Shown here: positions 38,036 to 45,856 of the stretch, one piece after another
Layout: each line of letters begins with the position of its first letter
Numbering within the stretch: position 1 is the first letter of the stretch
NCBI GenBank assembly: GCA_023399465.1
Contig: JAEWPB010000020.1
Location: 22,380 to 86,379, forward strand
Direction: 5' to 3'
DNA length: 64,000 nucleotides
Origin: Pseudomonadota bacterium
Lineage (GTDB): Bacteria > Pseudomonadota > Alphaproteobacteria > Rhizobiales > Rhizobiaceae
Translations under genes and position numbers: made by a program
Notes under the pieces: generated by a model
Database searches by the model: none
Seen by the model: the letters and a program-made list of their open reading frames with translations, nothing else
What the model was told of the DNA's origin: nothing

Positions 38036-38066
38036 AGAGACCAGCACGGTTGCCGTCCTGGTCTCT
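38036..38066 (+). terminator. hairpin downstream of the desaturase gene (AGAGACCAG-N13-CTGGTCTCT), no T-run
   Basis: A 9-bp perfect inverted repeat read directly, 25 nt after the stop at 38011. Confidence 0.35.
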
Positions 38067-38199
38067 CCTGCTGTTCCGGGCGAAGCCCGTGACCGCCCTC
38101 GCCTGTATGGCCTCAGCGGGTCGGCGCATGCATCAATCCGGGGGCGGCCTGAAGGCGGAGATAGCGGTTTCCCCATTGTTTTCGGCGTCGCTGGCTGAC

Positions 38200-39030
38200 C
38201 TAACCGATCGCAGTGACGACATAGGCCCTGCTCCTGCCCTCGATCTGACCGGCTCCGAACCGCTGCTCGAGCGCCGCGCCCACATGCCGGGTTGCGGCCA
38301 GAAGTTCGCCCGACGCCGCCCGCGCCTCGATCTCGTGTCGAAGCGGCGTTCCCTGGCAGATGGCGATGGCGACATCGCCGGTAGAACCCGCCCTTGTGGG
38401 CATTTCCACAGCGTCGATTTCTACGGATCGGAAGCCGGCTGCGACTGCCGCCTCACGAATTGCAGCCTTGTCGCCATAGCCGTGCGGCGTGCGTGCGATG
38501 AAGCGTGGCGGGTCCCGCGGGAAGAATTCCTGCAGCGCTTCGTCCACGGTTCTCGCAAAATCATTCGACGCGAGACCGTCCCAGACGCTGAAGACATAGC
38601 GCCCGCCCGGCTTCAGCACGCGACGGGCCTCGGCGTGTCCCCTCGTCTTGTCCGGATAGAACATCACCCCGAACTGGCAGACAACCACGTCGAACATCGC
38701 ATCGTCGAACGGCAGCGCCAGGGCATCGGCCTGCTGCCAGGCAATTCGTCCATCCCCGCCGAGCCTCGCCCGTGCCCGATCCAGCATCGGCTGATTGAGG
38801 TCGGTGGCCACCATGCTCGCCCGCGGACCGAGCCGGGAGGCGACCGCGCGCGTCAGCACGCCGGTGCCGGCCGCCACCTCCAGCAGCGTCTGCGGGCGAA
38901 GTGTTTCGATGCGGTCCGCGAGATCGCGCGCATAGGGTTCGAAAAAGATCGGGACCATGAGACGGTCATAGATATCCGGGATCGCGCCGGAGAAGACCTT
39001 GTCTTCCCTGGCATTGTCTGGCGAGGCCAT
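38200..39030 (-). CDS. class I SAM-dependent methyltransferase
   Basis: ORF 38200..39324, with the ATG at 39030 (MASPDNAREDKVFSG...). Contains the SAM loop LLEVAAGTGVLTRAV and motif LKPGGRYVFSVWD. Confidence 0.75.
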   Translation of the reverse strand: MASPDNAREDKVFSGAIPDIYDRLMVPIFFEPYARDLADRIETLRPQTLLEVAAGTGVLTRAVASRLGPRASMVATDLNQPMLDRARARLGGDGRIAWQQADALALPFDDAMFDVVVCQFGVMFYPDKTRGHAEARRVLKPGGRYVFSVWDGLASNDFARTVDEALQEFFPRDPPRFIARTPHGYGDKAAIREAAVAAGFRSVEIDAVEMPTRAGSTGDVAIAICQGTPLRHEIEARAASGELLAATRHVGAALEQRFGAGQIEGRSRAYVVTAIG

Positions 39031-39106
39031 GGTGCTCCTCCCTTCGACAACCGAAGCTGAAGGAAGATTACACCCACCGAAACCGCGACAAAAGACGCCC
39101 CGAATG

Positions 39107-40570
39107 TCAGCCGCCAGCGATGAGGCGGTCGAGCCAGCGCTTGTCGAGAACATCTTCGAGTTCGGCGGCGATCGCGTCCAGCGCGTAGTCGACGCTCTGG
39201 CGATAGTTGCCCCGGCCTCCCTCGATGCCGAAGCTGCCGAGCAGCGCCGCCCGATAGGCGTCGCTGGCAAAGAGCCCGTGCAGATAGGTGCCGAGGACCC
39301 GCCCGCTGGCGGAGACGGCACCATCCGGGCGTCCGTCGATCAACACCGCCGGGCGGTCGCAATCGGGGCCGCTGGTGACGCCGAGATGGATTTCATAGCC
39401 CGAAAGTTCGACACCGTATTCGGTCGACCGGGCACTGCTGTTGCGCACCGTCTTTTCCGGGGCCATTTCGGTCTCGACATCGAGGAGGCCGAGCCCCGGC
39501 GCCTCGCGCACACCACCTTCCAGCCCCAGCGGATCACGAACGGTCCGCCCCAGCATCTGGTAGCCGCCGCAGATACCGATGACACGGCCGCCGCGGCGGA
39601 CGTGGGCAGCGATATCGCGGTCCCAGCCCTGCTGCCGGAGATCTTCGAGGTCGCCGATGGTCGACTTGGAACCGGGAATGACGATCAGGCCGCAATCGGC
39701 GGGAATGGCCTCACCCGCCCGGACATGGACGAGTTCGACATCGGGTTCGGCGGCAAGCGGATCGAGATCATCGAAATTGGCGATGCGCGACAGTACCGGG
39801 ACCGCGACCTTGAGCGCTCCGGCGGTGTTCCGGCGGGAAAGGCGCTCGAGCACGACGGAATCTTCTGCCGGCAGGCGCGCGGCCGCCTTCAGCCACGGCA
39901 CCACGCCGAAGCAGGGCCAGCCGGTGAAGCTGCCGATGGCCGAAATACCGTCATCGAACAGCGAAACGTCGCCGCGGAACTTGTTGATGATGTAACCGGC
40001 GATCATCTTTCGGTCGCCTTCGGGAAGGATCGCATGGGTGCCGACGAGCGAGGCGATGACGCCGCCGCGGTCAATGTCGCCGACCAGTACGACCGGCACG
40101 TCGGCGCGCGTGGCAAATCCCATGTTGGCGATGTCGCCGGCGCGCAGGTTGATTTCGGCAGGCGACCCCGCGCCCTCGACGATGACGAGATCCGCCCCCG
40201 AGCCGACGATCTCGAAGCTCTCGAGCACGGCATCGAGCAAGCGGGGCTTCAGGCGCTGGTAGTCGCGCCCTCTCGCCTCGCCCACGACCTTCCCCTGCAG
40301 CACGATCTGGCTGCCGACGTTCGACTGCGGCTTGAGCAGAACCGGGTTCATGTGCACCGAGGACGGAACCCGCGACGCCCATGCCTGCAGCCATTGCGCC
40401 CGGCCGATCTCTCCGCCGTCATCGGCGACCGCGGCATTGTTCGACATGTTCTGCGGCTTGAACGGGCGCACCGAAAGGCCGCGATTGGCCGCGAGCCGGC
40501 AGAGCCCGGCGACGAGTACCGTTTTTCCGACATCCGAGCCGGTACCCTGCAGCATGATCGCCCGCGTCAT
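39107..40570 (-). CDS. cobQ: cobyric acid synthase
   Basis: ORF 39107..40576 starts at a GTG. The ATG at 40570 gives MTRAIMLQGTGSDVGKTVLVAGLCR. It has a C-terminal glutamine amidotransferase domain (GICGGYQMLG). Confidence 0.9.
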   Translation of the reverse strand: MTRAIMLQGTGSDVGKTVLVAGLCRLAANRGLSVRPFKPQNMSNNAAVADDGGEIGRAQWLQAWASRVPSSVHMNPVLLKPQSNVGSQIVLQGKVVGEARGRDYQRLKPRLLDAVLESFEIVGSGADLVIVEGAGSPAEINLRAGDIANMGFATRADVPVVLVGDIDRGGVIASLVGTHAILPEGDRKMIAGYIINKFRGDVSLFDDGISAIGSFTGWPCFGVVPWLKAAARLPAEDSVVLERLSRRNTAGALKVAVPVLSRIANFDDLDPLAAEPDVELVHVRAGEAIPADCGLIVIPGSKSTIGDLEDLRQQGWDRDIAAHVRRGGRVIGICGGYQMLGRTVRDPLGLEGGVREAPGLGLLDVETEMAPEKTVRNSSARSTEYGVELSGYEIHLGVTSGPDCDRPAVLIDGRPDGAVSASGRVLGTYLHGLFASDAYRAALLGSFGIEGGRGNYRQSVDYALDAIAAELEDVLDKRWLDRLIAGG

Positions 40571-40812
40571 CGGCACCTCGCCGAGTGGCCCATCGCCACA
40601 CGAGAACCGTTACGTTGCAGTCGTTTCGCGCCAATTCGGGCTGCATCAGGCTCGATGGGCGGCGCGATGGGGAGACCGGGCTGCAACTTATTCATGGATT
40701 TGTCCGTTTGCGACATGGAATGGCGATTCCTCCGGTTGCCGCAAGGATTGAACGGGATTATCTCCGCGTCAATTCGCACGACAATCCCTGCCGGCGGCAG
40801 GATGAGGAACTC

Positions 40813-40956
40813 ATGATCTATATCTTTAACAGGAACAACTCCGTCCAGATCGCCTGGGGCTCGAAGGCACCGAAACTCCGGACCGAGAGCCGCCTAGAGG
40901 AACTCGACCTCGGCATGGATCCGGTCAGGCTGATCCGCTCGTTCATCGCCGGCTGA
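40813..40956 (+). CDS. hypothetical small protein (47 aa)
   Basis: An ATG after GAGGAA. The sequence is MIYIFNRNNSVQIAWGSKAPKLRTESRLEELDLGMDPVRLIRSFIAG. Third-codon positions are about 85 percent G/C, matching the coding bias of this genome. No family was recognised. Confidence 0.4.
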   Translation: MIYIFNRNNSVQIAWGSKAPKLRTESRLEELDLGMDPVRLIRSFIAG

Positions 40957-41029
40957 CGCCCGCCGCCTCTTCCCCGCCCGGACCGCCATGTCAATTTTCG
41001 TGGCAGTTCTTTTTTGTCCGCCGCCTGCG

Positions 41030-41078
41030 CTGACAGCAAAACGAAAAACCGCGCACGGCCATGACAGCCGGCGCGGTT
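41030..41078 (-). terminator. intrinsic terminator on the minus strand with no annotated gene upstream of it
   Basis: The hairpin AACCGCGC-a-CGGC-catgaca-GCCG-GCGCGGTT spans 41047-41078. On the minus strand it is followed by TTTTTCGTTTTG (rc of 41035-41046). Confidence 0.6.
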
Positions 41079-41444
41079 GATCAAAACACTAACATAGCCT
41101 CGAAAACACTCACGAGGCGAACTTTAGCTCCGGGACGCAATACCTGATCCGGAGTCTGGCGGTGGTTTCCCTCGCCACGGCCAATCAATAACCGCACATC
41201 GTTACCGGAGAGTTATTGAGGGCTTAACCAAAGGTGAATTTTGACTTTTTTTGGTCATTACGTCGTTCACCGGCGGGTGCGGCGAATTTGTCGCGGGTTT
41301 GTCAGGCGCTGGACCAGCTACGGTCCCGGGAAAGGTTGATTTATCCGATCAGCTCCCTAGTTTTATCGAGCTTGCGTCCGGCGCCGCCGAAAGGCTGCCC
41401 ACGATGCGAACACCATCCGCTGCGACGACTGGAGGTCGGACCAC

Positions 41445-42440
41445 ATGAAGACGCTCATCGCCTCGACATTTCTCGCCACCGGTCTTCTGGCGTTGGCCGG
41501 CACGGCCCATGCCGAATGTGGCGACGTATCGATCGCCGAGATGAACTGGGCTTCAGCGGGTGTCGCCGCGCAGGTCGACAAGATCATTCTCGAAAAGGGC
41601 TACGGCTGCAATGTGACGCTGGTGACCGGCGACACGATGCCGACCTTCACCTCGATGAACGAGAAGGGCCAGCCCGACATCGCGCCGGAGATGTGGATCG
41701 ATTCCTTCCGCACGGTGCTCGACAACGCCGTCGCCGAGGGCCGGCTGATCCGCGCGGCACCGCTTTTGAGCGAGGGCGGCGTCCAGGGCTGGTGGATCCC
41801 GAAATTCATCGCCGATGCTCATCCCGACATCAAGACGGTCGAGGACGCACTGAAGCATCCCGAACTGTTTCCCGCGCCGGAGGACCCGTCCAAGGCCGCG
41901 GTGCACAACTGCCCGTCCGGATGGAGCTGCCAGGTCTCCACCGCCAACCTCTTCAAGGCGATCGGCGCCGACAATGCCGGTTTCGAACTCGTCGACCCCG
42001 GATCGGCGGCCGGCCTCGACGGCTCTATCGCCAATGCCTTCGAAAAGAAGGCCGGCTGGCTCGGTTACTACTGGGCCCCGACCGCGATCCTCGGCAAGTA
42101 CGACATGACCAAGCTCGGCTTTGGCGTCGAGTTCAACAAGAGTGAATGGGACCGCTGCACCGCGGTTGCCGATTGCGCTGCGCCCAAGGTCAATTCCTAC
42201 CCGACCGCCGGCGTTTACACGCTGGTGACCAAGGATTTCGCCGACAAGGCCGGCGTCGCGATGGATTATGTCAAGACGCGGCAATGGGACAACCAGACCG
42301 TCAGCAAGGTTCTCGCCTGGATGGACGAGAACCAGGCTTCGAACGAGGATGCCGCGAAGTACTTCCTCGAAACCTTCCCCGAACTGTGGACCGCCTGGGT
42401 ACCGGCCGATGTCGCCGCCAAGGTTCAGGGTACGCCCTGA
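41445..42440 (+). CDS. glycine betaine/proline betaine-type ABC transporter substrate-binding protein
   Basis: 331 aa with the signal peptide MKTLIASTFLATGLLALAGTAHA. Contains CGDVSIAEMNWASAGVAAQVDKIILEKGYGC, typical of OpuAC/ProX-like binding proteins. Confidence 0.8.
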   Translation: MKTLIASTFLATGLLALAGTAHAECGDVSIAEMNWASAGVAAQVDKIILEKGYGCNVTLVTGDTMPTFTSMNEKGQPDIAPEMWIDSFRTVLDNAVAEGRLIRAAPLLSEGGVQGWWIPKFIADAHPDIKTVEDALKHPELFPAPEDPSKAAVHNCPSGWSCQVSTANLFKAIGADNAGFELVDPGSAAGLDGSIANAFEKKAGWLGYYWAPTAILGKYDMTKLGFGVEFNKSEWDRCTAVADCAAPKVNSYPTAGVYTLVTKDFADKAGVAMDYVKTRQWDNQTVSKVLAWMDENQASNEDAAKYFLETFPELWTAWVPADVAAKVQGTP

Positions 42441-42604
42441 TCCGGGGTTGCGCAGCCTGACCATCTCCGCGCCTATGGAACCCAGGGGCGCGCAGGCGAG
42501 TTCATCAGTTCGGATGCGACGGGCGGCTGCAACGATGCTCGATGGCGGCCTGTCGCATGGCGGAGGGGCAACTGATGGCTTTGACCTGCAACCACCTGCC
42601 GGAA

Positions 42605-43486
42605 ATGCTGTGCAGTTTTCCGGCGATCAGCGACAGCGTCATGCGCGAAGTCAAGAAGTCGGTCGATCTCGGCTTCAAGAATCTGGTGCGCACCTACGGT
42701 GACGTACTGAACCAGGCGATGCAGCCTCTTCAGTGGTTTCTCAACTGGTTGCAGGATCTGTTCGTATCGACCCCGTGGTTCATCTTCCTGCTTGTCATGC
42801 TGGCGATCGTCTTTGTCGTCAGCCAGAGCGTCAGGATCACCCTCGGCACCGCGCTCGCGATGCTGGCGATCGGCCTGGTCGGTCTCTGGCAGGATACGAT
42901 GATCACGCTCGCCATGGTCACGGTCTGCACCGCGATCGCGGTGGTGCTCGGCATACCGATCGGCATCCTCATGGCGCGCTCGGACCGCGTACAGTCCTTC
43001 GTGAACCCGGTGCTCGACGTGATGCAGACCATGCCGAGCTTCGTCTATCTCATCCCTGTGGTGATGATCTTCGGCATCGGCAAGGTTCCGGGACTGATCG
43101 CCGTCGTCATCTATGCCGTCCCCCCGATGATCCGACTGACCAATCTCGGCATCCGGCAGGTCGACAAGGACGTGCTCGAGGCGGCCGACGCCTTCGGCTC
43201 GTCGAACCGCCAGAAGCTCCTCGACGTGCAGATCCCCCTGGCGATGCCGACGATCATGGCCGGCATCAACCAGACGATCATGATGTCGCTGGCGATGGTG
43301 GTGGTGGCGTCGATGATCGGCGTCGGCGGGCTGGGCAAGAACGTGCTGCAGGCGATCACCAACCAGTTCTTCACCATCGGTTTCCTCAACGGTTTCGCGC
43401 TCGTCGTCATCGCCATCATCTTCGACCGCACAAGCCAGGCCTATGGCCGCCGCCTGCAGAAGCACACCGCGATCATCCACGGCTGA
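42605..43486 (+). CDS. glycine betaine/proline betaine-type ABC transporter permease
   Basis: ORF 42542..43486; the start was chosen at ATG 42605 (MLCSFPAISDSVMREVKKSVDLGFKNLVRTYGD) and is uncertain. Contains the EAA-type loop LEAADAFGSSNRQKLLDVQIPLAMPTIMAG. Confidence 0.8.
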   Translation: MLCSFPAISDSVMREVKKSVDLGFKNLVRTYGDVLNQAMQPLQWFLNWLQDLFVSTPWFIFLLVMLAIVFVVSQSVRITLGTALAMLAIGLVGLWQDTMITLAMVTVCTAIAVVLGIPIGILMARSDRVQSFVNPVLDVMQTMPSFVYLIPVVMIFGIGKVPGLIAVVIYAVPPMIRLTNLGIRQVDKDVLEAADAFGSSNRQKLLDVQIPLAMPTIMAGINQTIMMSLAMVVVASMIGVGGLGKNVLQAITNQFFTIGFLNGFALVVIAIIFDRTSQAYGRRLQKHTAIIHG

Positions 43487-43585
43487 GAAATTCGGCATCG
43501 GCAGCCGGTGCCGCCGCTCTTTGCGGTTGCGCCGACATAAAGACATCTTTATATGATCATTCCAATTGAGATCGAGGATGTCGCC

Positions 43586-44599
43586 ATGACCGTCAATGCC
43601 AATCCGCTTTCCGAACTCCTGGCCGAAAAGGGCGTCCTGCTTGCGGACGGCGCCACCGGCACCAGCCTTTTCGCCATGGGCCTTGAGGCCGGCGAAGCGC
43701 CGGAGCTGTGGAACGAGGCGCATCCGGACCGGATCACCAAGCTGCACCAGGATTTCGTCGACGCCGGCGCCGACATCATCCTCACCAACACCTTCGGCGG
43801 TACCCGCCATCGCCTGAAGCTGCATCAGGCGCAGGACCGCGTCCACGACCTGAACCGCAAGGCCGCCGAAATCGCCCGCGCAGTTGCCGAAAACGCCGGT
43901 CGCAAGGTCATCGTCGCCGGTTCGGTCGGCCCGACCGGCGAACTCCTGATCCCGCTCGGCGCACTGTCCTACGAGGACGCCGTCGCGGCGTTTGCCGAAC
44001 AGATGGAAGGCCTGAAGGCTGGCGGCGTCGATATCGCCTGGATCGAGACGATGTCGTCGCCGGACGAAATCCGCGCGGCCGCTGAAGCCGCGATCAAGGT
44101 CGGCCTGCCCTACACCTATACCGGCTCCTTCGACACCGCCGGCAAGACAATGATGGGCCTGCATCCGAAGGACATCCACGGCGTTGCCGGCGAACTAGAC
44201 AGCGGACCCGTCGCCGTCGGCGCCAATTGCGGTGTCGGCGCCTCGGACATTCTCGCAAGCCTGCTCGACATGTCGAACGCCGCCCCGGATGCGACGATCA
44301 TCGTCAAGGGCAATTGTGGCATCCCCGAATTCCGCGGTTCGGAAATCTACTATTCCGGCACCCCGCCGCTGATGGCCGAATATGCCCGCCTTGCCCGCGA
44401 TGCCGGTGCCCGGATCATCGGCGGATGCTGCGGCACGTCGTGCAATCACCTGGCCGCGATGCGCGAGGCTCTCGACGGCTATACGCCGCGTCCGCGCCCG
44501 ACGCTCGAGACCATCATCGAGAAGATCGGCCCGCTGCGTAACAAGACCGCCGACGAAGCCGCCCCGGCCCGCGAACGCGGCAGCCGTCGTCGCGGCTGA
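43586..44599 (+). CDS. bmt: betaine-homocysteine S-methyltransferase-like (Hcy-binding domain, zinc Cys triad)
   Basis: ORF 43553..44599, with the ATG at 43586. Contains LLADGATGTSLF, ILTNTFGG, and the zinc ligands GANCG and IIGGCCGT of the homocysteine S-methyltransferase fold. It is single-domain with no B12 domain. Confidence 0.75.
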   Translation: MTVNANPLSELLAEKGVLLADGATGTSLFAMGLEAGEAPELWNEAHPDRITKLHQDFVDAGADIILTNTFGGTRHRLKLHQAQDRVHDLNRKAAEIARAVAENAGRKVIVAGSVGPTGELLIPLGALSYEDAVAAFAEQMEGLKAGGVDIAWIETMSSPDEIRAAAEAAIKVGLPYTYTGSFDTAGKTMMGLHPKDIHGVAGELDSGPVAVGANCGVGASDILASLLDMSNAAPDATIIVKGNCGIPEFRGSEIYYSGTPPLMAEYARLARDAGARIIGGCCGTSCNHLAAMREALDGYTPRPRPTLETIIEKIGPLRNKTADEAAPARERGSRRRG

Positions 44600-44613
44600 G
44601 AACGCAATCACCG

Positions 44614-44638
44614 GTGGCGCGGCAAACGACCGCGCCAC
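44614..44638 (+). terminator. hairpin after bmt (GTGGCGCGG-N7-CCGCGCCAC), no T-run
   Basis: A 9-bp perfect inverted repeat, 15 nt after the stop at 44599. Confidence 0.35.
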
Positions 44639-44711
44639 TCCAGCTTCGCACAGGCTGCCCCGCCTATCTCGCTCTGCAAGATTTTGATTATTGCATTTCA
44701 GGAGACCTTCG

Positions 44712-45059
44712 ATGCCGGGCACTTCCGCCGCCTTTCCCGACCGCGACACCGTTGCAGCCAAGCTTGCCACCCTCACCGACGCCGACGGCGCGTTCCTGAA
44801 GCTGGTGTTCGAGAACCCGCAGCAGGACGAAAATCTCCTCGAGGGCCTGAACCTTTTCCTGAACCAGGCATCCGAAGCGCCGTTCCTCAACACCCTGAAG
44901 CTGGAAAAGTGCGGCACATGGGTCGGCAGCAACGCCCCGGCCCGCCTGCAGATCCGGCTGATGGAAAGCGCCCGCTCGAGCCAGCATCCGGCCTACGCCG
45001 CCTTCCGCGCCGGCCTGACGAAGTCGGGCGGACTGGAGCAGGCCTACCCGCAGGTCTGA
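44712..45059 (+). CDS. hypothetical protein (115 aa)
   Basis: ORF 44691..45059, with the ATG at 44712 after CAGGAGA. The composition is protein-like (MPGTSAAFPDRDTVAAKLATLTDADGAFLKLVFENPQQDENLLEGLNLFLNQ...). No family was recognised. Confidence 0.5.
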   Translation: MPGTSAAFPDRDTVAAKLATLTDADGAFLKLVFENPQQDENLLEGLNLFLNQASEAPFLNTLKLEKCGTWVGSNAPARLQIRLMESARSSQHPAYAAFRAGLTKSGGLEQAYPQV

Positions 45060-45063
45060 ACGC

Positions 45064-45825
45064 CTAGCCCGGCCCGCCGCCCACGACGGCGATGATCGGT
45101 CCGAGCGGAAAGCGCGACCCACGCCGCCCGCCGTCTGGCCAGTAGAGGCTCGAGATCGTGCCGTCGAGATAGAGCGCATTGCGGCATCCCAGGATGTCGC
45201 GATAGAGGGTCGCGAAATCGTAAAAGCGCACCGGCGCTTCCGATATGGCCAGATGCACACGCCCGTGCGCATCGACACCGACGCCGTTACGGATCTTGAA
45301 ACTGTCGCTCTGCGGCAGGAACTTCGGATGCAGCCGGCCATCGATGACCAGCATCGGCCCGGACTGGGTGGCAAAGCGCGGCCTCATTCCGGATGCCAGG
45401 AACGCCCTGGTTTCCATGACCCCGGCCTTGCCTCGCGCAAGATAGAACACGCCGTTCGGCAGCAGGTGGAAGTTTCCCCAGCCGCCGCCGGTGCTCGCCG
45501 GCACCTTCACGATCCCGTTTTCTATCAGCAATCCGACCGGCCGCTTGTCGGCGTGATACATGCCGCCATTGGTGGCAAACAGCAGGTCCTGACCCTTCAA
45601 TGCCAGTTCCGCCTGAAGCGCTCCGAAACTGCCGAACGGCCTGCCATCGTCACCGGCATTGTAGATGCGGATGTCCGAGGCGGCCGGATCGAAGGTGCAG
45701 ACGGTATAGGGCGTGCCGAGATAGTTGAGGTAGCGGCATGGCTCGCCGGCCGAAGCGGCGGCCGCGGCAAGCAGCAGGACGAACAATGCCAGCAGTACTC
45801 GCAGTACTCGCACCAATCGCATCAC
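45064..45825 (-). CDS. secreted phosphodiester glycosidase-family (DUF2233-like) protein
   Basis: 253 aa with the signal peptide MMRLVRVLRVLLALFVLLLAAAAASA and the FATNGGMY motif. The family assignment is from memory. Confidence 0.55.
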   Translation of the reverse strand: MMRLVRVLRVLLALFVLLLAAAAASAGEPCRYLNYLGTPYTVCTFDPAASDIRIYNAGDDGRPFGSFGALQAELALKGQDLLFATNGGMYHADKRPVGLLIENGIVKVPASTGGGWGNFHLLPNGVFYLARGKAGVMETRAFLASGMRPRFATQSGPMLVIDGRLHPKFLPQSDSFKIRNGVGVDAHGRVHLAISEAPVRFYDFATLYRDILGCRNALYLDGTISSLYWPDGGRRGSRFPLGPIIAVVGGGPG

Positions 45826-45856
45826 CCAGCTCCCGTTGTGACAGGCAGTAGCGCGT

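Noticed and set aside
40577-40800. Possible third cobalamin riboswitch in the cobQ leader. The minus-strand RNA has scattered B12-like fragments: GGAGGAAUCG, AAAUCC, GCAGCCC, CUGCAACGUAACGG and GGGCCACUCGG.
   Set aside because: The fragments are not contiguous in the way the conserved core requires. The GCnGnCCC and CGCAACUGUAA elements are about 60 nt apart. The ACCCAUACAGGG hairpin shared by the other two leaders is absent. I cannot support the call without a covariance-model search (Rfam RF00174).
40813-40826. Anaerobox-like sequence: rc AAGATATAGATCAT, whose inner 10 nt are identical to the fixN box TTGATATAGATCAA.
   Set aside because: The outer TT/AA positions that define the TTGA-N6-TCAA recognition core are mismatched on both sides. 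The sequence also overlaps the start codon of a small ORF. It is most likely coincidental.
41234-42145. 303-aa plus-strand ORF overlapping the start of the betaine-binding protein gene in another frame. The short ORFs 41251..41448 and 41363..41587 fall in the same class.
   Set aside because: The products are Arg/Pro/Gly-rich with no motifs. The overlapping frame 41445..42440 has a clear signal peptide and binding-protein signatures.
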